This document shows positions 57,215-64,000 of a DNA stretch of 64,000 bases, piece after piece. Position 1 is the first letter of the stretch, and each line of letters starts with the position of its first letter. The notes below the pieces were generated by a model. That model saw only the letters and a program-made list of their open reading frames with translations, was not told the DNA's origin and did not search any database. The DNA lies in the sequence record OR896820.1, one strand, 5' to 3'. Source of the DNA: Escherchia phage Stokescottia. A program made the translations under genes and the position numbers.

Positions 57215-57243
57215 TTGCTAAAATGCTTAAGTTTCTGTATAAT
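57215..57243 (+). promoter_or_regulatory. early-type promoter
   Basis: TTGCTA, 17-nt spacer, TGTATAAT, then TATAAATTGATGAGAAGG box. Confidence 0.6.
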
Positions 57244-57273
57244 TACTTTATAAATTGATGAGAAGGAATCAAA

Positions 57274-57705
57274 ATGAACAAAGTTGATAAAGCTCTAGTT
57301 TTCGCAGCAGCAGATAAGTTTGAACAAGTTAAGGCAACTTTCCGAACCTTGTTCCAGTCTTACGTTCAAGATAAGTCTAATCCTATCTCTGAACGTTTGA
57401 TGGTCTGGGAGTGTCATGCTTGCAATGCCCTATTAATTGCGGATTATCGTAGTGATATAGATAAAGATCTGTGCGAAATTCTTATCGCTGAGGAGGCAGA
57501 ACGTTATCAGTTAATCTCTTTCCAAGATTTGGCGGAGCATATCATTCCTGATGATCTTTGGGATAAATACTATGGTGATCCTGAAGATGAAGGAATGACT
57601 CCAGAAGCCTGTATTGAGCTAATCTGCAAAAATCATCCTGAAATTGCAGAGAAATTTGAAAAAGTTTTTGCTTCTGAGTTCTCCGGAGTTGTTAACGATT
57701 GGTAA
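57274..57705 (+). CDS. hypothetical protein
   Basis: 143-aa ORF. Confidence 0.45.
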   Translation: MNKVDKALVFAAADKFEQVKATFRTLFQSYVQDKSNPISERLMVWECHACNALLIADYRSDIDKDLCEILIAEEAERYQLISFQDLAEHIIPDDLWDKYYGDPEDEGMTPEACIELICKNHPEIAEKFEKVFASEFSGVVNDW

Positions 57706-57723
57706 GTAATTAAAAAAATTCAG

Positions 57724-57752
57724 TTGCTTTAAGCCTTAAAATTCTGTATAAT
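57724..57752 (+). promoter_or_regulatory. early-type promoter
   Basis: TTGCTT, 17-nt spacer, TGTATAAT, then CATAAATTAATGAGAGAGG box. Confidence 0.6.
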
Positions 57753-57784
57753 AAGTTCATAAATTAATGAGAGAGGAAATTCTA

Positions 57785-58036
57785 ATGGAAAACATGACTA
57801 AAAACGAAATGGCTAACGTTCTGGCAATTCTCCTCGACATGCAGGGTTTTGAGGGTCAGCTCATGAAGATGTCTATTCCGGCGATGAAAAAGATGTATGA
57901 TTCTCTGAATAAGAATGCTATGGCGTTCAACCTTGCAAAACAGGAAGCACGTTTTGCTAAAGAGCATCAAGCGACTGCCGAACGTCGTGCAGCATCTTTT
58001 GAGCGTGAAGTTAAGCAACTGAAAGGTAAGAAATAA
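57785..58036 (+). CDS. hypothetical protein
   Basis: 83-aa ORF. Confidence 0.4.
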   Translation: MENMTKNEMANVLAILLDMQGFEGQLMKMSIPAMKKMYDSLNKNAMAFNLAKQEARFAKEHQATAERRAASFEREVKQLKGKK

Positions 58037-58199
58037 TGGAAAGGGTATCAATTTCAATACTGTCATTCCTTATAGGAATACTAATATATAATATAGTTGC
58101 TCTTAATGTACACTTAACTGAGGTAGACAAATCTCTCCATGAGTTAAATGTAGAAATGTGTAAATTAGTCCCGGATAACGAAAAATGTAGGGGTATTTA

Positions 58200-58481
58200 A
58201 TGTTAATTGAAATTCTTATTGGATTGTTAGTGCTTATGACACTAGCAGCGATTGGCGGGGTTATTGGTATTGTAAGCATGCGAAAAAATATAGAGAGTAT
58301 GCTTACTACTAATAGTGGACTTCACTGCCGCTTAATAGAACAAGAACAAGATATTGAGCTAGCACAAAGACGTTCAGATATTCTAAAAGAAAAACTAAAC
58401 AATATTGAAGCAATAGCTGGGAATACAAAATTACCTAATAAAGTAATGCGTGCACAGATAATTACGGAGATTAAAAAATGA
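58200..58481 (+). CDS. hypothetical membrane protein
   Basis: 93 aa, N-terminal TM helix. Confidence 0.4.
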   Translation: MLIEILIGLLVLMTLAAIGGVIGIVSMRKNIESMLTTNSGLHCRLIEQEQDIELAQRRSDILKEKLNNIEAIAGNTKLPNKVMRAQIITEIKK

Positions 58482-58723
58482 TGATGTTTATTCTAGCGTT
58501 TTATCTAATTGTGGTTGGTGTACTGGTTACTAAGTATCACACATGGGCACCAAAGAATGTTGTTAAGGTAGCTTTATTTGTTATTCCAGTTCCACTTATT
58601 ATCTTTTCTATGCTACTGGTGATGTTAGTTGGTAAAGTAACAAAAACCGATATTAAACGTATTGCTGATGAATTGCAACAGTCTTGTGATATGGTAGAGG
58701 ATATTCTTAAAGATGAAGCTTAA
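58478..58723 (+). CDS. hypothetical membrane protein
   Basis: 81 aa, two hydrophobic helices. Confidence 0.4.
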   Translation: MMMFILAFYLIVVGVLVTKYHTWAPKNVVKVALFVIPVPLIIFSMLLVMLVGKVTKTDIKRIADELQQSCDMVEDILKDEA

Positions 58724-59039
58724 TTTTAATGAATTAAATACCTTACATGAGATATTACAGTTTGTGAATAATAATATTAGTATTCCAGATGATACATTAG
58801 AAGTTCTCATGTTAATCGAGAAAAAGGTAGGGATTGAAATTGAGGATTCCTGGAAACCACTTTCTGTATTAACACCTCTTAATATGAAAGTGATAGTTAA
58901 AAATATCGATACTGGTGAAGAATGTAAGATGATTCGTAAAGAACTAGCGGATAGTTATTCACCAAAGTCTGTAGTAATGTATCATAATGACACACCTAAG
59001 ATCCTACAGACAGCTAATTACGTATGGCGTCTCCCATGA
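58713..59039 (+). CDS. hypothetical protein
   Basis: 108-aa ORF. Confidence 0.4.
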   Translation: MKLNFNELNTLHEILQFVNNNISIPDDTLEVLMLIEKKVGIEIEDSWKPLSVLTPLNMKVIVKNIDTGEECKMIRKELADSYSPKSVVMYHNDTPKILQTANYVWRLP

Positions 59040-59138
59040 TTGATTTAGTACCAATTACTGCGGGGCTAGTAGCACTATTAGTGCTTGCAGTTTTTATTAT
59101 TGTGGAGCAGGCCAAAGTAATAAGGAGACTTAAAAACA

Positions 59139-59339
59139 ATGATAAAACGTCTTGTTTATCAGGCACCAAAGATTGTAACTGAGTATTTTGTATTACTGCC
59201 TCAGATTGTATTTCTAACAGCATTATTTAATATACTTTTTCGACATCTAGGAATAACGGAAAATATCTTCTACACTTCTGGACTACTTCCTTTTATGTAC
59301 GAAGGCATCATCGTGGCAATTAACGGAGTTCGTAAATGA
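59139..59339 (+). CDS. hypothetical membrane protein
   Basis: 66-aa hydrophobic ORF. Confidence 0.35.
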   Translation: MIKRLVYQAPKIVTEYFVLLPQIVFLTALFNILFRHLGITENIFYTSGLLPFMYEGIIVAINGVRK

Positions 59340-59797
59340 CAGCACTACAACAACTACAGAATTACTGGTTTGATAACCAATTTAACGATCTCTTCATCCA
59401 GTTGTTTGTCGAAACGAACGGACGCTTCAACTACCGATTCTTTAATAAGTTTCACGAAACAAAATTCTCGCATACAGAAATTAACGCAGCGATCCAAGAC
59501 CTAACTGGTTCTAAAGTAGTTCAATATCGTGAAGTAGACTTTACACCAGATTGTTTTGGGTTTGAATTGTTTAAGAAAGCATATAAATTTGGTAAGTTTG
59601 AGGATGCTCGTCAATGGGTTCATGATTTCTGGTACAACACTGATATTGTTCCTAGTCGTGTACTGATTCTTAACTGGATTGCTAAACAACATCCACCTAA
59701 AGCTCAATCGTCCTTCTTACCAACTGACACAGGAAACCTCTACCATGACAGAAAAGAAAAATCCATTGCTGGAGCAGATGAAGGAATGGGAGAGTAA
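59336..59797 (+). CDS. hypothetical protein
   Basis: 153-aa ORF. Confidence 0.45.
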   Translation: MTALQQLQNYWFDNQFNDLFIQLFVETNGRFNYRFFNKFHETKFSHTEINAAIQDLTGSKVVQYREVDFTPDCFGFELFKKAYKFGKFEDARQWVHDFWYNTDIVPSRVLILNWIAKQHPPKAQSSFLPTDTGNLYHDRKEKSIAGADEGMGE

Positions 59798-60116
59798 TAT
59801 TGAATCTGGTCTAGTAGACGGAGAAGATATTGTTAACTCCATGTTAGAAGTAACAATAGATAATATTGATCCCATCTTAGCTAGTGAAACCTCAGATCTT
59901 ATAGGACTTTCTATTGCGTTCGATTCTTTGGCTAAATTAGCTTTAGATGATGAAGAGATAACCAAAGAAGATCTCGCCTCAGCTATGAATATGGCTATTA
60001 ACGCTTACATTGGCAAACGTACCGATGAACTCGACAAACAAATCAAAAAGCGTGATACAACGTTAAATCTTATGGAAACGGCCACTATGTTAAGAAGTGG
60101 TAAACAACTTCATTAA
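59745..60116 (+). CDS. hypothetical protein
   Basis: 123-aa ORF from ATG 59745; overlaps the previous ORF in another frame. Confidence 0.35.
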   Translation: MTEKKNPLLEQMKEWESNIESGLVDGEDIVNSMLEVTIDNIDPILASETSDLIGLSIAFDSLAKLALDDEEITKEDLASAMNMAINAYIGKRTDELDKQIKKRDTTLNLMETATMLRSGKQLH

Positions 60117-60123
60117 TTCTAGA

Positions 60124-60156
60124 GGCCAGGGCTTAATTGTTCTGGCCTTTTGTGTT
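60124..60156 (+). terminator. rho-independent terminator
   Basis: GGCCAG...CTGGCC hairpin followed by TTTTGTGTTT. Confidence 0.6.
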
Positions 60157-60170
60157 TCAAGGAATATAAT

Positions 60171-60368
60171 ATGAAAGCACTAGATAATTACTTAAAGGCT
60201 AAATATAGTCCTACAGAAGATCAATCTGCTGTAACTTGTGAAATAAGTCGAAATAATACAGTACGATTGGCTCAAAAAGGCGGAGGAACATCTGCCAGTA
60301 TTATTTGGCTATCAGAAGAACAAGCAAAAGACTTGTACCATAAACTAGACAAGTTATTTAACAAGTAG
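60171..60368 (+). CDS. hypothetical protein
   Basis: 65-aa ORF. Confidence 0.4.
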   Translation: MKALDNYLKAKYSPTEDQSAVTCEISRNNTVRLAQKGGGTSASIIWLSEEQAKDLYHKLDKLFNK

Positions 60369-60369
60369 T

Positions 60370-60816
60370 ATGAGAGAAAAAGTAAATGAATTACTAATCG
60401 AGGAAGCTAATAACTTCCCAATAAATAGGTTTGTCAAATCGGATGGATCTATTAATAGAACTAAGATTAAGCAGCTACATCCCGACTTTCAGCAAGAAGC
60501 ACTAAATCTTATATTTATCAAGAAAGCTGTTGCAGTTCATGGAGCTTTCTTTGGGTATGAGCGTGTAAATTATAAAACAATGCAACAGCAAGTCGAGATC
60601 TATTGTCCAGATCATGAAGGGTATTATTGGCAAACTGCTAGATCTCATTTAGAAGGGCATGGTTGTCGACTGTGTGCACACAAGGTTGTGCAGCGTGTCA
60701 CGGATTATGGAACTTATACCGTACCAGCATGTTATCATAAATTTGTAATTGACGATAATCATATAGTTTGGTATAATAAGTTTTCAAAGTTAAGAATGGA
60801 GATAAATAGTGAGTAG
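60370..60816 (+). CDS. hypothetical protein
   Basis: 148-aa ORF. Confidence 0.45.
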   Translation: MREKVNELLIEEANNFPINRFVKSDGSINRTKIKQLHPDFQQEALNLIFIKKAVAVHGAFFGYERVNYKTMQQQVEIYCPDHEGYYWQTARSHLEGHGCRLCAHKVVQRVTDYGTYTVPACYHKFVIDDNHIVWYNKFSKLRMEINSE

Positions 60817-61099
60817 CTATATTATATGGTCAAACCCATTAGCAGCACTTAGTAACAAACTATTTAAAACAACGTGGGGCTATAATGAAATAGACTTAGG
60901 CAGTCGCCCCGTACCAAATACATGCTCACTAGTCCCAGATCTGTATAAAGTAATAATAAATGATGTAGAGTATTTAGTTGACGAATTTGACAGAAGGTAT
61001 ATACTAGAGTGCATTTACGATAACAACACATCAATGAATGAACTGATAGATCATGCCCAAATGTGTGATAAAAGCTGGATGTTAATATGGAAATCATAG
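60809..61099 (+). CDS. hypothetical protein
   Basis: 96-aa ORF. Confidence 0.4.
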   Translation: MSSYIIWSNPLAALSNKLFKTTWGYNEIDLGSRPVPNTCSLVPDLYKVIINDVEYLVDEFDRRYILECIYDNNTSMNELIDHAQMCDKSWMLIWKS

Positions 61100-61320
61100 C
61101 AATTATTTTAGTAGTTATGTTATTCATCGTAGTACTTGTATCTTTTGCTATTATGCGTAGAGCTAGAGAACTAGCAGAAGATCTAATAAAATTACGTGGT
61201 GAGGTAGCGGGTCTCAAACTACAACGTGAAGCTCTCAAGCTATTCGTAGCTCAAGGTAGTGTAGAGCATACAGCGGAAGACTTCATCGTATATCTTAAAC
61301 GTTACATGGGAGTTAAATAA
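61087..61320 (+). CDS. hypothetical membrane protein
   Basis: 77 aa, N-terminal TM. Confidence 0.4.
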   Translation: MEIIAIILVVMLFIVVLVSFAIMRRARELAEDLIKLRGEVAGLKLQREALKLFVAQGSVEHTAEDFIVYLKRYMGVK

Positions 61321-61505
61321 TGGAAACACTTTTTCTTTTAATGCTCGTAGGTTCTCTGTTACTAATACTAGCACTTCTACTAATCTGCAACATTCTTAAT
61401 AATAAGAATCTAGAGCTAAAGTGGGAGAATCAAATCCTTAACCGTGAACTTAAACAATATAACATTGCAGCCCATAAACTGTTAGACAAACTGGAGAATA
61501 TATAA
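61320..61505 (+). CDS. hypothetical membrane protein
   Basis: 61 aa, N-terminal TM. Confidence 0.35.
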   Translation: METLFLLMLVGSLLLILALLLICNILNNKNLELKWENQILNRELKQYNIAAHKLLDKLENI

Positions 61506-62119
61506 TGTTTACACAACAACCTATTCAAGTAGTACCGGATCATGAACTGAATACGTGGGATTATAGCTTTAAAGATTTAACCGCTACTGTACAATTTAAG
61601 TCTATGAAGCTAACATTTGCACACAATGACCTTAGAGCATGTAAAGATCTTGAGGATAAGCTCGAAGATGCTCGTAAGATTTTTGGCAAGGCTCGCATCC
61701 CAGCTGATAATCTAATTAACGCATTAATCGATGCAGGGTACAAACTTGTGAAGACTGAGGTGAACCGCCCTAGTACTCCAGTGACTATTAGAGATCCGTG
61801 GCAGTCCGGGACAATCTCAATGCTGAATAACTCCGATAAAAGATTAATGTCGGATATGCACAATGTTCCTTGTGGGGGTGTGGTAAGTAGTACGCAGTCA
61901 TATAAGTTTGTGGAAGATTACGGCCCTTCTGTACAGTTGAAACATACTCAAGAAGCTTTTGAATCTGATATGCGAAGCGTAGCACCTGCGGATGCTGGAG
62001 TTTCTAGGAGTTCTGTTTGTACTATTCATTTTAATAATCCTAATAAACATGGAAGTTTAGAAGATGCTATTATGGAGGCGTTGGGAGCTGCTATTAATGA
62101 AGATAAGAGGGGTAATTAA
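61505..62119 (+). CDS. hypothetical protein
   Basis: 204-aa ORF. Confidence 0.5.
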   Translation: MFTQQPIQVVPDHELNTWDYSFKDLTATVQFKSMKLTFAHNDLRACKDLEDKLEDARKIFGKARIPADNLINALIDAGYKLVKTEVNRPSTPVTIRDPWQSGTISMLNNSDKRLMSDMHNVPCGGVVSSTQSYKFVEDYGPSVQLKHTQEAFESDMRSVAPADAGVSRSSVCTIHFNNPNKHGSLEDAIMEALGAAINEDKRGN

Positions 62120-63009
62120 TGGGATTTTATAGTAATAGAAAACCAAAAGGTGTAACTGGTAAATTCGCAGTTGAAGAAAGACCTTTTCCACCAGTCGATG
62201 TAGAGAAACTACGTAAACTTCTAGAAATGCTAGAAGGTTGCCATGAACGTTGTTATTCTGAACTCTCTTTAAATGAAAAACGTGTTGTTGAGATGTTCTG
62301 TATTCGTTCAGCTAGAACAGCTAAAGGTACTTCTCCAAAAGATGAAGTAAAAGAATACAGAGTTCTAGTGATGCATGCTTGGGCACAACGTTTTGCAGTT
62401 CATTCGCTTCAGGAATGGTTTAATCTTCCTGCATATAAAGATTTCCATGTTTACGAAGATGAAGTTATGAATTATAATGAGTTATATGGTTTGTCCTTCA
62501 AAAAGACAGGCTCACCGATGCATGATGCACTCAATTCATTCCCTGATCATTACCTTCCAGTTCGTGAATACAGAGATCGTGAAGGAAATAAACCCTGCTT
62601 CACTATTTGGAATAAGTCTAAGACGATATCTGATCTAGATAATTATTGGTTCCGCACAAAAGAAGGATTCCTAGGAACAGAACCTTTACCTAAGGATCTC
62701 AAACCTATCCTTCCTCCTGCGAAACCTAAGCATGAAGTAACGATTGCTATTAATAGAATAATTCTAGGAGCAGATGATCTTACTAAACAAATCGCCGCAG
62801 TTATCGCAGTTCTGTTTGATGGTACAAATTCTTCTACACGTTATGAGAAGCTAACGGATAACAAATTGCAGATACCTAACGAGTTGTATGAGAGTTCGTG
62901 CAAGATCTATGATAACTTTAGTAAAGTAGATTACCCCGTGAGATCCATCAAAGAACTCATGGAGTATGCGGAGATGGGGATGAAAGGAAATCTCATGTTC
63001 GATGAATAA
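62119..63009 (+). CDS. hypothetical protein
   Basis: 296-aa ORF. Confidence 0.5.
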   Translation: MGFYSNRKPKGVTGKFAVEERPFPPVDVEKLRKLLEMLEGCHERCYSELSLNEKRVVEMFCIRSARTAKGTSPKDEVKEYRVLVMHAWAQRFAVHSLQEWFNLPAYKDFHVYEDEVMNYNELYGLSFKKTGSPMHDALNSFPDHYLPVREYRDREGNKPCFTIWNKSKTISDLDNYWFRTKEGFLGTEPLPKDLKPILPPAKPKHEVTIAINRIILGADDLTKQIAAVIAVLFDGTNSSTRYEKLTDNKLQIPNELYESSCKIYDNFSKVDYPVRSIKELMEYAEMGMKGNLMFDE

Positions 63010-63016
63010 ACTCTAC

Positions 63017-63045
63017 TTGACGTTATGATTTCTGCATGTTATAAT
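63017..63045 (+). promoter_or_regulatory. consensus-like sigma70 promoter facing the non-coding end region
   Basis: TTGACG, 17-nt spacer, TGtTATAAT; no credible ORF downstream. Confidence 0.55.
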
Positions 63046-63380
63046 AACTCTATGAAATAACATAGAATAAAGAGATCCACCCGGATACGGATGGTGGATG
63101 GGAAACTTCTATTTCCCCCGTAGCTTGTCGGAGGGCTAGGGAAATCTTAAGAAGTTTTGTACCATCTCACGCAATTCGTATCCCAGGGGTGGAGCATCTC
63201 TTCCAATCTTTGGGGATCTTATACTTAAATTAAAGGTAAAACTTTTGACCACATAATTTACATTTAAGATGATACACCGGTTGCCGCCATTCTTCCTAGG
63301 ATGGCACAACACTTTCTAGTAGACTCCTAAGTTTCTAGGAATAGTTGAACACTAACTCTAGAGTTTACACTAAACTTTAA

Positions 63381-64000
63381 ATCGGATTTGCACATGTTCT
63401 AGGGCAGTTTTTCACCTACTATAAATACCCTAGGCCGGTTTTCCTATACAGGGCGGTTATTTCTAGGAGACATTTTTTGAAAACACATTTCCAGAAATTA
63501 CTGTCGGATTTGCACATTGTGTTTCTAGAAATTTATGGTCGGATTTGCACAATTGCCTAAGTTTTCATGGACACATAATCTCCTGAAAATGGCAGCATTA
63601 TTTCGGGCCGAAGGCCCATGATTGCCTGAGTTTTTAGAGCCACAGAAATTTTCACTTGTCAAGCTATTTTGCCCCATTTTGCTAATAAAATTTTACTTTA
63701 TCTCGCCCCAAGCCCAATTAACCCAAATTATCTCAACTCTTCCCCAAAAACGCAGCAAATCAGGTGCCCCGCACCAAATATGCTGCCCCTCTAGCTTCTC
63801 CCTCTATTTTCTCTCGCTCTCTCATCTTCTCCCCAAACTCACACAATCACACGCCCTCTCATCGAAGTCACAAAAATCTTGTCGGATTCGCACATCTTAA
63901 TCCTAGAAAAACCATGTCGGATTTGCACATACCCCACAGGATTCGAACGCAGTTCGAGATTGCTGGAGTTTTTGGGAAAATTCATTGTCGGATTTGCACA
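63381..64000. repeat. array of a 14-bp GTCGGATTTGCACA motif
   Basis: Copies at 63381, 63503, 63538, 63881, 63916 and 63987; two pairs spaced exactly 35 bp; array runs to the window edge. Confidence 0.8.
63660..63870. repeat. C/T-rich low-complexity tract
   Basis: About 210 nt almost devoid of G on the plus strand, between repeat clusters. Confidence 0.6.

Noticed and set aside
63622-63900. 92-aa ORF in the CT-rich tract
   Set aside because: Pro/Ser/Leu-rich translation caused by the polypyrimidine composition; no SD; lies among the repeats.
63381-64000. CRISPR array
   Set aside because: Repeat units are only ~14 bp, irregularly spaced (35, ~120, ~340 bp), with no uniform repeat-spacer periodicity and no cas genes nearby.
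1-64000. rRNA genes, integrase or transposase, prophage att sites
   Set aside because: No sequence resembling rRNA, tyrosine or serine recombinases, or transposase motifs was seen; the content is consistent with a lytic phage early region.

Overview
This window reads as the early region of a T5-like siphophage (my recognition of gene content and promoter architecture, not a database hit). Positions 112-19806 are a minus-strand replication block: family A DNA polymerase, DnaG-like primase, DnaB-like helicase, a split NAD-dependent DNA ligase, a large P-loop helicase-like protein, an HNH endonuclease, HAD and Sir2-like accessory genes, and anaerobic RNR NrdD. A divergent promoter region at 19.8-20.1 kb starts a plus-strand block with PhoH, NrdA, NrdB, DHFR, ThyA, RNase H, a NADAR protein, a DnaQ-like exonuclease, a SleB-like hydrolase and an SPFH protein. 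From 33.8 to 45.9 kb lies a tRNA island: I folded 25 tRNAs by hand, interleaved with small ORFs and several stretches of tRNA-like or structured RNA that I could not resolve. Downstream are small early ORFs, a GrcA-like glycyl-radical protein, dNMP kinase, a ClpP-like peptidase, a putative holin with an M15 endolysin, a thioredoxin-like protein and two metallophosphatases. The window ends in a ~1 kb non-coding region with a consensus promoter, a CT-rich tract and at least six copies of a GTCGGATTTGCACA motif. About 25 near-identical sigma70-type early promoters with a conserved transcribed box punctuate the plus-strand block. All coordinates were counted by hand; tRNA ends and promoter bounds may be off by a few nt.
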